Origin: an uncultured Bacilli bacterium
Lineage (GTDB): Bacteria; Bacillota_I; Bacilli_A; RF39; UBA660
Reading direction: 5' to 3'
DNA: 64,000 bases
NCBI GenBank assembly: GCA_944332705.1
Contig: CALVKM010000002.1
Span: forward strand, 10,746 to 74,745
Each line of letters begins with the position of its first letter. The first letter of the stretch is position 1. The notes under the pieces are model-generated. The model did no database searches. It was not told where the DNA came from and worked only from the letters and a program-made list of their open reading frames with translations. This document shows, piece after piece, positions 39,903-49,754 of the stretch. A program made the translations under genes and the position numbers.

Positions 39903-41069
39903 TTATTGTTTTAATACATCTTTTCCTCTAGCAAACATTTGAATATTTCTTAGCATATAATCAAGTAAACTAGCTTTTTTAATTTCTTTTTTTACGGTTA
40001 CATCAACTTCATCAATAATATTGCCATCATTATCAATAATCTCTGCTGAACCAACGATATCCCCGGGCTTAACTGGTGCTTTAATAGTATCAACTTTTAA
40101 ATTAAATTCATAATTGCTCACATCTTCAGTATTTTTAAGAAGTTCTGTAGCATCTTCTAGTAACACAATCTCGGCAAAATTTTCTTTACCACGCTCAACT
40201 CGCACTTTACCTAAAACTTCATCTTTAGTTTTAATAGTATTAATTTTATAAGTATTAAATCCATAGTTTAATAACTTAACAGTATCACTGCTTCTATTTT
40301 CGGTACTATCTTCACCCATAACAACTGAAATAAGCCTGAAATCATCTTTTTTAGCAGTTGCCGTTAAACAATAACCGGCAGTTTCTGTAAATCCTGTTTT
40401 AAGACCATCGACCCCGTCATAAAATCTAACCAGTTTATTTGTATTAACAAGCCAAGTTTTAGTGCCATCATTTTTCTCTAAATATTCTTCATAAATACTG
40501 GTATATTCTAATATTTTTTCATGTTTAAGTAATTCTCTAGCAATAGTTGCCATATCACGAGCAGTAGAATAGTGTCCTTCGCTATCAAGACCATGGGCAT
40601 TCACAAAATTTGTGTTATTCGCTCCAAGTTCTTTAAACCTTTCATTCATCATATCAACAAATGCTCCTTGTGAACCAGCGACTTTTTCCGCAAGAGCTAC
40701 AACAGCATCATTACCAGAAGCAATAGCAACCCCCTTTAATAAATCATGAACTGTATATACTTCACCAGCTTCTAAAAATATTTGTGAACCACCCATTGAA
40801 GCGGCTTCTTCAGATATAGTTACTTCATTATCAAGTGATAACTTACCACTATCTATTGCTTCCATAATAAGTAACATACTACCGATTTTGGTCATTGATG
40901 CCGGAGCTAGTCTCTCATCAGCATTCTTTTCATATAATACTTCACCAGTTGCATAATCTATTAATATTGCACTCTTAGCAGTTGGAGTTAAATCTTCCTC
41001 GGCTTTTACAACCATTCCCTGATGCAAAAATAAACTTATACAAAGTAAAATTAAACAAATTCTTTTCAT
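39903..41069 (-). CDS. dacF: D-Ala-D-Ala carboxypeptidase, DacF-like
   Basis: PASMTK, GSQIFLE, SGND, WLVNTNKL, KTG. Confidence 0.8.
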   Translation of the reverse strand: MKRICLILLCISLFLHQGMVVKAEEDLTPTAKSAILIDYATGEVLYEKNADERLAPASMTKIGSMLLIMEAIDSGKLSLDNEVTISEEAASMGGSQIFLEAGEVYTVHDLLKGVAIASGNDAVVALAEKVAGSQGAFVDMMNERFKELGANNTNFVNAHGLDSEGHYSTARDMATIARELLKHEKILEYTSIYEEYLEKNDGTKTWLVNTNKLVRFYDGVDGLKTGFTETAGYCLTATAKKDDFRLISVVMGEDSTENRSSDTVKLLNYGFNTYKINTIKTKDEVLGKVRVERGKENFAEIVLLEDATELLKNTEDVSNYEFNLKVDTIKAPVKPGDIVGSAEIIDNDGNIIDEVDVTVKKEIKKASLLDYMLRNIQMFARGKDVLKQ

Positions 41070-41172
41070 ACCAACACCTTAATAATTATTATGAAACTCA
41101 AAACTAAATATTACTGATGATTGCTTAAATGCTAAAAATGTTATATAATTTTCATTAAGAGGTACTGCTATT

Positions 41173-41778
41173 ATGAAAAAATTATTATTTGCAACAACTA
41201 ATCAAAGTAAAATAAATCGATTTTATGAAGGACTACTAAAAAAAGGTATTGAATTATTATCTTTAGATGATTTAAATTTAAATATTGAAGTTGAAGAAAG
41301 TGGTACATCTGCTATCGATAATGCTTTAATTAAAGCTAGAGTATACCAACACCTAGTAGATATTCCTGTCCTTGCTATGGATGATAATTTATTTTTAGAA
41401 GGTGTTCCTGATAAACTACAACCAGGAACTAATGTTAGAAGAATAGGGGGTAAGAGACTTACTGATGAAGAGATGATTAAACATTATATTAGTTTAGTTA
41501 ATAATTATGGGGTTAATGGTAAAATTACTGCTCGTTGGGTCTATGGTATTGCTATAATTAATAAAACACGAGAATATACTCATACTTGGAGTAAAAGTGA
41601 TTTTTATTTAGTGAGTAATCCAACCGAAAAAAGAGATATAGGATATCCTCTAAATTCCATATCAATTAATAAGAAATTAAATAAATATTTTACAGATATG
41701 ACTGAAGAAGATAAAATAAGTCCCCAAGAAGATGAAAGTGATATAATAGATTTTATAGCCAATTCTTTGGAGGTATAA
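41173..41778 (+). CDS. Ham1/ITPase-like non-canonical NTP pyrophosphatase
   Basis: FATTN..K, EE.G....NA.IKA, DD. Confidence 0.7.
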   Translation: MKKLLFATTNQSKINRFYEGLLKKGIELLSLDDLNLNIEVEESGTSAIDNALIKARVYQHLVDIPVLAMDDNLFLEGVPDKLQPGTNVRRIGGKRLTDEEMIKHYISLVNNYGVNGKITARWVYGIAIINKTREYTHTWSKSDFYLVSNPTEKRDIGYPLNSISINKKLNKYFTDMTEEDKISPQEDESDIIDFIANSLEV

Positions 41779-41780
41779 AA

Positions 41781-42215
41781 ATGAATTTTAGAAGTGCTAA
41801 TTTAAATGACTCTTTGCAACTTGATAATTTATTAACTAAGTTAGTTGAGGATGAAAAAATAAATTATGATAAATACATTAACATAGGAAAAATTAATGGT
41901 TTATATCAAACTTTACTTATTAATAATAATACTCATGCTTTTGTTTGTGAAGAAAATAATAAAATTGTGGGTTATATTTATTGTTATGTTAATAATGAAT
42001 CAATTGGCATTTTAGATGCTTTATACATAGAAGAAGAATATAGAGGATTAGGTATTGCTACAAAATTAATTGAGTTAGCAATTAATTGGCTAAAGGATGA
42101 AAAGTTAGTTAAATTAATTGAAATAAGTGTAATGGATAAAAATGAACTAGCAAAAAAACTATATAAAAAATTGGGATTTCAAAAATTTAAGGAAACACTT
42201 AGAATAGAAATATAA
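41781..42215 (+). CDS. GNAT acetyltransferase
   Basis: YRGLGIATKL, N..A..LY.KLGF. Confidence 0.88.
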   Translation: MNFRSANLNDSLQLDNLLTKLVEDEKINYDKYINIGKINGLYQTLLINNNTHAFVCEENNKIVGYIYCYVNNESIGILDALYIEEEYRGLGIATKLIELAINWLKDEKLVKLIEISVMDKNELAKKLYKKLGFQKFKETLRIEI

Positions 42216-42226
42216 GGGAGGTTATT

Positions 42227-43495
42227 ATGGACACGATTACATTATTACCAGCAGATAGATATGTAATTTATAATAAAACTATCCTGACGGATTTTGATCG
42301 TAAAATACTTACAACATTTTATGAACCAATCATTGGTCATTTAGCGATAAGTTTATATCTAACTTTATGGAATGATTTAGAAGAAAACAAACAAATATCA
42401 AGAGAACTTAATCATCATCATTTGATGAGTATTTTAAAGTGTCCTCTAAATACAGTGAGAGAAGCTCGTGAATCTTTAGAGGCCGTAGGTCTACTTAAAA
42501 CATATTTTAAAAGTGGGGATATTAACAATTACATCTATGAATTATATTCCCCATTATCTCCAATTGAGTTTTTCAATCATCCAATTTTAAACATTGTTTT
42601 ATATAATAACATCGGAGCTAGTGAATATGAATATTTAAAAAAAGTTTATCAAAAATTAAAAATAGATACTAAAGACTATTTAGATATATCCAAAAAAATA
42701 AATGAAGTTTATACAAGTTGTTCAGATTTACCATACTTTGAAAGTGTTGAGCGGAGTATTGGTAATATAGATTGTACTGATCAAGTTGATTTTGATTTAA
42801 TTGCCTCAAGTATCCCTAAAGGCATTATTAATGAAAAAGCTTTTAATAAAAAGACGAAAGAATTAATTAATGAATTAGCATTTCTATATAATATTGATTC
42901 TTTAAAAATGGTGGAATTAATTCGAAGTGTTTTAAATGAATATGGGATGATTGATAAAAATAATCTGCGACTTGCTGCCAGAAAAATGTATCAATTTCAT
43001 AATGGTGCATTGCCAACTCTTATTTATAGAACGCAACCAGAATACTTAAAAACCCCAGCAGGAGATAATTCCATGCGCGGTAAAATTATTCAAATGTTTG
43101 AAAATATCAATCCTGTTGATTTCTTAAGAAAAAAATATAAAGGAGTAAAACCTACTAATAGGGATATTAAAATAATTGAGACACTCGTAATTGATTTAGA
43201 AATGCCCCCAGCAGTAGTAAATGTTTTACTAGATTATGTTCTAAGGAAAAACAATAATCGCTTATCGCAAGCATACATTGAAACTATCGCGGGACAATGG
43301 AAACGGGCAGGCCTTAAAACTGCTGGTGAAGCTATGGATTTCGCCGAAAAAGAAAATAAACGAATGAGTAAGAAAATGGATAATAAAGTTACAAGTAATA
43401 AAGAACCTGTTTGGTTTAATACAAAAAATGAAAAAGAAGAATTATCAGCAGAAGAACAAAAAGAATTAGAAACTTTATTTGAGGAGTTTAAATAA
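42227..43495 (+). CDS. dnaB: replication initiation/membrane attachment protein DnaB (Bacillus-type)
   Basis: FYEPIIG, LEAVGLLKTY, VVNVLLDY, IETIA..W; precedes dnaI. Confidence 0.88.
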   Translation: MDTITLLPADRYVIYNKTILTDFDRKILTTFYEPIIGHLAISLYLTLWNDLEENKQISRELNHHHLMSILKCPLNTVREARESLEAVGLLKTYFKSGDINNYIYELYSPLSPIEFFNHPILNIVLYNNIGASEYEYLKKVYQKLKIDTKDYLDISKKINEVYTSCSDLPYFESVERSIGNIDCTDQVDFDLIASSIPKGIINEKAFNKKTKELINELAFLYNIDSLKMVELIRSVLNEYGMIDKNNLRLAARKMYQFHNGALPTLIYRTQPEYLKTPAGDNSMRGKIIQMFENINPVDFLRKKYKGVKPTNRDIKIIETLVIDLEMPPAVVNVLLDYVLRKNNNRLSQAYIETIAGQWKRAGLKTAGEAMDFAEKENKRMSKKMDNKVTSNKEPVWFNTKNEKEELSAEEQKELETLFEEFK

Positions 43496-44385
43496 TGGAA
43501 AAAATGAATTTAACATTAAATGAAAAAGTAGAAAGAGAATTAGAAAAAAATTTACAAGAATCATTAAAAAATCCGGAATTTTGTAAATTAGTTAAAAGAC
43601 TTAAATTAAATAAAGAATTAACTAAAAAACATAATTCTGAACTAATGGATACGGTAAATGAACTTGCTAATTGTAGTAATTGTAAAGGACTATTTATGTG
43701 CAAAAATAAGCTAGAAGGTAATGTCTTATATCCAACGCTAAATAATGACACTCTAAAATTTATTTATATGCCATGTAAATATCAAAAAGAATTAATACAA
43801 AAAGAAGAAGAGAAAAAAGCTACTTTAAATGAACTTAAAAATGCTCGAATGAAAGATATTGATTTAAGTGATAAAAAAAGATTAAAAGCTATAAAATGGT
43901 TAAAAGAGTTTTATGATAAATATGAACCCGTTAATACCCTAAAAGGTTTATACTTACATGGTTCATTTGGTAGTGGTAAAACTTACCTTGTCGCTGCTTT
44001 ATTTAATGAACTTGAAATAAAAAAACATGCTAATACCGAAATAGTTTATTTTCCAGAATTACTTCGTAATATGAAAGAAGACTTTAGTTTAGTGGAAGAT
44101 AAATTAAATTACTTACAAAATGTTGATATCTTACTAATCGATGATATTGGAGCGGAAAATGTTACAGTGTGGGGTAGAGATGAAATCCTGGGAACAATTT
44201 TACAATATCGGATGAATAATAAATTAACAACATTTTTTACCTCTAATTTAACAATTGAAGAATTAGAACGACATCTATCGCTTGCCAAGGGTAGTGAAGA
44301 TACTGTTAAAGCTAGAAGAATCATTGAGAGAATTAAACAATTAACTGAAGATATTGAAATAGTTAGTGAAAACAGAAGAAAATAA
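43495..44385 (+). CDS. dnaI: primosomal helicase loader DnaI
   Basis: C..C Zn site, GSFGSGKT, LIDDIGAE, FTSN, RIIERI. Confidence 0.92.
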   Translation: MEKMNLTLNEKVERELEKNLQESLKNPEFCKLVKRLKLNKELTKKHNSELMDTVNELANCSNCKGLFMCKNKLEGNVLYPTLNNDTLKFIYMPCKYQKELIQKEEEKKATLNELKNARMKDIDLSDKKRLKAIKWLKEFYDKYEPVNTLKGLYLHGSFGSGKTYLVAALFNELEIKKHANTEIVYFPELLRNMKEDFSLVEDKLNYLQNVDILLIDDIGAENVTVWGRDEILGTILQYRMNNKLTTFFTSNLTIEELERHLSLAKGSEDTVKARRIIERIKQLTEDIEIVSENRRK

Positions 44386-44443
44386 AAAAACATCTTTAAT
44401 ATTTCTTTAATATATGTTATATTTATAATAAGGGTGTGATATT

Positions 44444-45319
44444 ATGCAAGAACCATTACTTAAAGATGAAGAAGAAAAATTAGCAGTTACGCCGAATAAT
44501 AAGTTAGTACCAACTAAGGGAAATAAAGAACAAAAAGAAAAAACACCATTTAAATGGGATAGAAATGTAATTATAACAATTATTTTAGCTATATTTATAG
44601 TATGGTTTTTTTGGAAGAATATAATTATACCATTTTATGTAGGCTTTAGATATTATGATCAAGTTCATGGCGATAAAGAGACTAGTTCTGGTGAAGAAAT
44701 TATTGTTACTGAAGAAGAAGATATAGATATAAATTCTGACATAGTAACTAATACTTATAATAAAATAAATATTGATAATTGTCTTAATTCTAGTTCTATA
44801 CTTAATAGGTTTTATGGAGGAACAACTCTAAATACTTTGAGTAATATTGAAAAAATGATTCTTATATTAAATCATTATGCAAGTGGTAGAGATTCTATTA
44901 CTTTAAATGATTTAAACATAGAAGCTATGTCTTTATTTAATGATACAAGTTTTATAACTACAGATTCTACTATTTATGGTAATTATCAACTAACTTTTGA
45001 TGAAGTAACTCAAACTTTTAATGTTACTTTAATGAATCCTAATACCTGTTCTAATGATTTTTTAATAAGACAAATTGATCATGCTACAACTCTAAATGAT
45101 GAATTATATATTTATGAAAAATTTGGGTATTTTAAGCTTTTAAGTGATAACACTTATGAAATATATAGTGATTCTATAGGAAGTAACTTAATTGGTAATT
45201 ATACTGATACTACAGGAAATAAAGAATATAGTGATATAACTAATTTAAAAACCTATAAATGGACATTCAAAAAGGGTAATGATAATAATTATTATTTTGT
45301 ATCTATTACCCCAGAATAA
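44444..45319 (+). CDS. hypothetical membrane-anchored protein
   Basis: Single TM, YKWTFKK..YYFVS C-terminus. Confidence 0.65.
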   Translation: MQEPLLKDEEEKLAVTPNNKLVPTKGNKEQKEKTPFKWDRNVIITIILAIFIVWFFWKNIIIPFYVGFRYYDQVHGDKETSSGEEIIVTEEEDIDINSDIVTNTYNKINIDNCLNSSSILNRFYGGTTLNTLSNIEKMILILNHYASGRDSITLNDLNIEAMSLFNDTSFITTDSTIYGNYQLTFDEVTQTFNVTLMNPNTCSNDFLIRQIDHATTLNDELYIYEKFGYFKLLSDNTYEIYSDSIGSNLIGNYTDTTGNKEYSDITNLKTYKWTFKKGNDNNYYFVSITPE

Positions 45320-45626
45320 TATTAGTGATTTGTCTAAATAATAAATTAATATTGTTTTCTAAATAGATTATCTTATAAGTATAATCTATTTTTTTTATGT
45401 AACTTTTAGTTTTAAGTAAATACCCATTTTTATAATAAGTTATTAATAGTTTATCATGAGTATAATAAGCATTAATTATTTTATTTTCTAATTCTTGCTT
45501 TTCATCTTCTGATAAAACTGGCATTTTTACTTTATTTTTTTCATTCATTAAATTATTTACTACAGTTCTTCCATTCATTAAAGAATTAAAAGGCATCCAT
45601 TTAATCATACCTCTATCTTTATTCAT
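45306..45626 (-). CDS. YolD-like protein
   Basis: DRGMIKW.PF, LSEDEK; overlaps stop of Y-polymerase. Confidence 0.85.
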   Translation of the reverse strand: MNKDRGMIKWMPFNSLMNGRTVVNNLMNEKNKVKMPVLSEDEKQELENKIINAYYTHDKLLITYYKNGYLLKTKSYIKKIDYTYKIIYLENNINLLFRQITNIILG

Positions 45627-46881
45627 GATGTCCTCCAACTTTAGTGTTTCTCTCAATTGCTGTTGAATCTGGAAGTAGGCTACTAGCTTTAATTAAACTA
45701 TTTTTTCCAAATTTATTTTTAATTTCATCAATAGCTTCATTTATTTTTTCTTCATTTTCTATAGTTTCAGTATTTTCAAAGAGATTTAATTGTACACCTT
45801 TTTTAGGTATTAAACCTCCACAAGATATACTTACTTTTCTAATAGGTAAAAATTCATAATATCTATCAAATATCATATTACAATATTTTACGATTTCTTT
45901 TGCTGCATCAGTTGGAGATTCTAATTTTAAGCTATGATAAAAACCACTACCAATATCTTTAGAATAACTAATACCTAACCCAATAACTGTAGTTTGTTTG
46001 TTATTGCTTCTTAGTCTTGCACATAATAAATCTACCATTTCACTAATAATTATTCTAATATTAGATTCATTATAATCTTTAAATAAAACTTGGGAATGGC
46101 TATAACTTTTATCTTTAGCTTGCACTTTAAAATCACTAATACGACTTAAATCTATTCCGTTTGCGTGATTCCAAAGCTCTAAGCCCATAACCCCAAATTT
46201 ATCTTTTAATTTATAAGGATCGTATTTGGCGAGATCTCCGACAGTATAGATATTTAAAATATTTAAATTTTTCTCCATTCTTGAACCAATTCCCCACATT
46301 TTAGATAAGGGAGTAATACTCCATAATTTAGTAGGTACATCATCATAAGTCCATTTGGCAATGTTATTTTTATGATGCTTTGCATCAATATCCATAGCAA
46401 CTTTGGCTAAGAGTAAATTTGGTCCAATGCCACAGGTAACAGTAAGGCCAGTTTTATCATAGACTTTTTGAATTATTTCCTCTGCTAATTCATAATCACT
46501 TTTTTTATATAATTTTAAATAATCTGTAACATCTAAGAAACACTCATCAATAGAGTATACATGTAAATCTTCTGGTGCTACATAATCTAAATAAATTCCT
46601 ACAACTTCTTTGCTTTTTTCAATATATAATTTCATTCGTGGTGGAACAATTGTATATTTAATATTCTTTGGAATATCATAAAGTCTACTTCTTGATGCCA
46701 CCCCTTGCTTCTTTAAATAGGGAGTAACAGCTAGAGTAATTGCTCCATTTCCTTGATTTTTATTAGCAACAACTAAAGGTACTTTAAAAGGATCTAAGCC
46801 TCGCTCAATACACTCACATGAGGCAAAAAAACTCTTTAAATCAATACACATAATATGTCTATTAAGATACAATTTTTCCAT
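45619..46881 (-). CDS. Y-family DNA polymerase (UmuC/UvrX-like)
   Basis: IDLKSFFAS.E, YSIDE, LLAK, WGIG, IGGH-like C-terminus. Confidence 0.92.
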   Translation of the reverse strand: MEKLYLNRHIMCIDLKSFFASCECIERGLDPFKVPLVVANKNQGNGAITLAVTPYLKKQGVASRSRLYDIPKNIKYTIVPPRMKLYIEKSKEVVGIYLDYVAPEDLHVYSIDECFLDVTDYLKLYKKSDYELAEEIIQKVYDKTGLTVTCGIGPNLLLAKVAMDIDAKHHKNNIAKWTYDDVPTKLWSITPLSKMWGIGSRMEKNLNILNIYTVGDLAKYDPYKLKDKFGVMGLELWNHANGIDLSRISDFKVQAKDKSYSHSQVLFKDYNESNIRIIISEMVDLLCARLRSNNKQTTVIGLGISYSKDIGSGFYHSLKLESPTDAAKEIVKYCNMIFDRYYEFLPIRKVSISCGGLIPKKGVQLNLFENTETIENEEKINEAIDEIKNKFGKNSLIKASSLLPDSTAIERNTKVGGHHE

Positions 46882-46891
46882 AATTTACCTC

Positions 46892-46905
46892 CGAACATTT
46901 GTTTC
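46892..46905. promoter_or_regulatory. LexA (Cheo) box
   Basis: CGAACATTTGTTTC resembles the Firmicutes GAAC-N4-GTTC box, adjacent to the umuC-like RBS. Confidence 0.7.
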
Positions 46906-46944
46906 TAAATAAATTATAAAACAAATACATTGATATAGCAATTC

Positions 46945-47142
46945 CTATTTTTGGAAATCTTTTACTAATTTTAATATATCTTTATCACTAATTTCTAATA
47001 CATTAATTAATTTGGCAAATGTTTCAATCTTAGGTATTTCTTCATCATTTTCTATTCTTTGAACAGTTCTAGTGTTTAGATCACTTCTTTCAGCCAATTC
47101 TTCTTGAGTTATTTTTAGTTTCATTCGATATTCTTTAAACAT
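46945..47142 (-). CDS. XRE HTH regulator
   Basis: GGAGG SD, TQEELAE..VQRIE; palindrome ATGACA-ATTA-TGTCAT at 47153-47168. Confidence 0.8.
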   Translation of the reverse strand: MFKEYRMKLKITQEELAERSDLNTRTVQRIENDEEIPKIETFAKLINVLEISDKDILKLVKDFQK

Positions 47143-47217
47143 AACTACCTCCATGACAATTATGTCATTATAAATAACATTTGTGTATGTCATAAAAGGC
47201 ATTTACACTATTTTTAC

Positions 47218-47430
47218 TTATTTTTTCTCAATAGTAATAATTAAACCTTCTTTTTTGGCTATTTTAAGTAATAGTTCAAAATCATAATTTCTTTGACCAT
47301 ATTCATAAAACTGAATAGCATTTTTACTTCTACCAATGCTTTTACCAAATTCTTCTTGCGTTTTGCCGCTCCATTCTCTAATAATTTTAATTACTTCGTT
47401 AGCCTTATAATCGTTAGCTACTATTTTCAA
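47218..47430 (-). CDS. XRE HTH regulator
   Basis: IRE..TQEEFG..IQFYEYG. Confidence 0.8.
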   Translation of the reverse strand: MKIVANDYKANEVIKIIREWSGKTQEEFGKSIGRSKNAIQFYEYGQRNYDFELLLKIAKKEGLIITIEKK

Positions 47431-47524
47431 AATATATCACCTCTTGACAAGCATACAAAATGTTGGTATTGTTTTGCTAGAAAAACAAACATATTGTTGG
47501 TTTTATATATTGGAGTGGTGTAGT

Positions 47525-47746
47525 GTGAAAAAAATATTGTTGATAACTAGCATTATTTTAACATTAAGTATAATAGTTATTTCTACATTTAATAATATGG
47601 ATAATAAAGAAAATAATATAATATCTAATGTAGAAAAGAATAAACAAGTAATCACTAATAAACTTGTTTTAGAAGGTGAAAAGCCAAAACTAATTGATGA
47701 ATGGCAAGAAGCAACAAGTTTATGGGATACTTTTTTTAAATTATAA
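47525..47746 (+). pseudogene. 5' remnant of a third surface-protein paralog
   Basis: MKKILLITSIILTLSIIVIST resembles the 6722/12284 N-termini; divergent from an XRE gene. Confidence 0.55.
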
Positions 47747-47778
47747 TTTGTATATATTGTTTGAATATTAAAAAATAT

Positions 47779-49361
47779 TTTGAGTTTCGGTGAAAAAAAT
47801 AGTTGACAAGAAAAAATCAGAAAATGTTGATAACTTTTTCTGATTTTTGATTGAAAAATAAGGTAAAACACTCCAAAGTTTAGTATAATAAAGTTGTATA
47901 CTAAATTATCATAGTAAACAAAAATATGGAGGTGTCTTACATGAATAATTTTACTACAAATACCTATGAGTTGAAAAGAGAAATTTGTAATTTTTCTGAA
48001 AAAATTGCAAATGGGACTAATAAACCAGCCAAAAAGTTTGTTATGGAAACACAATATGGTCTTGCTAAAGGTGGAAGTTGTTTAGTCTCTAACATGGCTA
48101 GAGCACTAGATGAAGATATAAAATTAAATTATACGATAGATAGATTATGTGATAATTTTGCAAATTTGGACGATGAGTATGAAAAAATTATATGGAGAAA
48201 TTATATAAATGAAGTAAAAAAGCATATAAATACGAAGGAGCCAATAGCAATATTTGATGATAGTGATATCAATAAGGAATATAGCAAAAAGTTAGAAGAT
48301 TTAGATCGTGTTCGAGATGCATCAAGTCCAGATAAAAGAATAGTAAATGGTTATAATGTGTGTGAAGCAGTGTTACTTAGTAAAAATACTAATCAACCAA
48401 TTAGTGTTTATAGTAAAATATACTCATGTAAAAGCAAAAATTTCAAAAGTAAAAACACTTATACCCTAGATAGTATAAAAGCTGTTGAAAATATAGTGGG
48501 GAAAAAATTTATAGGGATATTTGACCGAGGATATGATGATAAAAAAATATTTGATTATATGGATAAAAAAGAGCATTCATTTATAGTAAGATTAGAGGAT
48601 ACAAGAACGTTGTTATTTAAAGGCAAAAAAAAGAGTGTAGAAGAAGTTGCTAAATCCAGAAAAGGTAAAATAGCAATGAAAGTATTATTTGATGATAATG
48701 AAGAATATGAATTAATGTTAAGCTATACAAAAGCCACATTACCATATAACAAAAAAGAATACACTTTAGTAATTGTGTATGGATTAAGTGAAGATAAGCC
48801 GATGAAATTACTTACTAACATCAAGATTGAAAGTAAAGAAGATGTTATAAGAATAGTAAGATTATATTTGTCTAGATGGAGAATAGAAGAACATTTTAGA
48901 GGAAAAAAACAGGAATATGATTTTGAAAACATGAGAGTAAGAACACTAAAAAGTATGAATAATTTAAATATGATGCTTACTATACATCTGGGACATATAG
49001 CGATATTAGCAGATAAAATAGATAGCAAATTATTAACAATTAAAATTATATATGCATCAAAATCATTAAGAAGTAAAACTATTGTGTGGCTAAGTCAAAT
49101 TGCTAGAGGGATGAAAGAAATATTAAAGTATGCCCATGAAGGAATAAAACGATGGCAAGATATAGAAGTTAGAGACTCAAGACAATTAAGTTTAAAGCTT
49201 TAAAAAACAACAAAATATCAAGAATTTTAAAAAAGCATAAAAAGTGCTTTATTTTGGCATGAAAAAAAGGAAGATTTATGATGATTATTAATTAAATAAT
49301 ATGTAAAATTTCAAATATTTAAAAAATTTATAAATTTTTTCGTAAAAAACCGAAACTCAAA
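47779..49361 (+). mobile_element. IS4-family insertion sequence
   Basis: 13-bp TIRs TTTGAGTTTCGGT/ACCGAAACTCAAA; 10-bp TSD TAAAAAATAT at 47769-47778 and 49362-49371. Confidence 0.9.
47941..49203 (+). CDS. DDE transposase (IS4-like)
   Basis: FDDSD, FDRGYD, Y..RW.IEE.FR..K (YREK) motifs. Confidence 0.9.
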   Translation: MNNFTTNTYELKREICNFSEKIANGTNKPAKKFVMETQYGLAKGGSCLVSNMARALDEDIKLNYTIDRLCDNFANLDDEYEKIIWRNYINEVKKHINTKEPIAIFDDSDINKEYSKKLEDLDRVRDASSPDKRIVNGYNVCEAVLLSKNTNQPISVYSKIYSCKSKNFKSKNTYTLDSIKAVENIVGKKFIGIFDRGYDDKKIFDYMDKKEHSFIVRLEDTRTLLFKGKKKSVEEVAKSRKGKIAMKVLFDDNEEYELMLSYTKATLPYNKKEYTLVIVYGLSEDKPMKLLTNIKIESKEDVIRIVRLYLSRWRIEEHFRGKKQEYDFENMRVRTLKSMNNLNMMLTIHLGHIAILADKIDSKLLTIKIIYASKSLRSKTIVWLSQIARGMKEILKYAHEGIKRWQDIEVRDSRQLSLKL

Positions 49362-49405
49362 TAAAAAATATTGTAATTTATTTAAAACTTTGGTATATTA
49401 TATAT

Positions 49406-49480
49406 GTAAGTGTTACCTGTATTCAGGAAACGCCTACCAAAATTGGTATGACGCTACTTTTAATTGTTAGCGTCTTTATT
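49406..49480 (+). ncRNA. putative antisense RNA (type I antitoxin), copy 1
   Basis: TTGTAA-17-TATATT promoter (49371-49399), two hairpins, GACGCTA..TAGCGTC-TTT terminator. Confidence 0.6.
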
Positions 49481-49546
49481 ATTGTCCTTACCAAGGATGA
49501 TAAGGACAATAACTATGACTAATTGAAAGAAATGTTCTTCGTTCAT
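49460..49546 (-). CDS. small hydrophobic peptide (28 aa), type I toxin-like, copy 1
   Basis: AAGGGGA SD; MNEEHFFQLVIVIVLIILGKDNNKDANN; homolog at 53040-53123. Confidence 0.7.
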   Translation of the reverse strand: MNEEHFFQLVIVIVLIILGKDNNKDANN

Positions 49547-49669
49547 CGCATCATCCCCTTTACTTTCATAATCCTTTTAGAGGAGGAGAAAGAAATGGAC
49601 TAGCAGACGCTATCCCAAATACAGATAACAGTTATCTATTATAACTGTTATTTTTTTATTTGCAAGCAC

Positions 49670-49706
49670 TTCGACATAGTTCGACAAAACATATCAAAAT
49701 TCGATA
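49670..49706. promoter_or_regulatory. triple Spo0A-box-like array
   Basis: TTCGACA at 49670 and 49680, TTCGATA at 49700. Confidence 0.6.
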
Positions 49707-49754
49707 AAGAAAATTATATTCTTCCTAAAATCCAATCAATAGAAATATTACTAA

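Noticed and set aside
47503-48054. 183-aa minus-strand ORF and other antisense ORFs in the track (e.g. 1905, 4500, 9659, 10220, 19231, 60190)
   Set aside because: Shadow ORFs opposite well-supported genes, without SD or recognisable motifs
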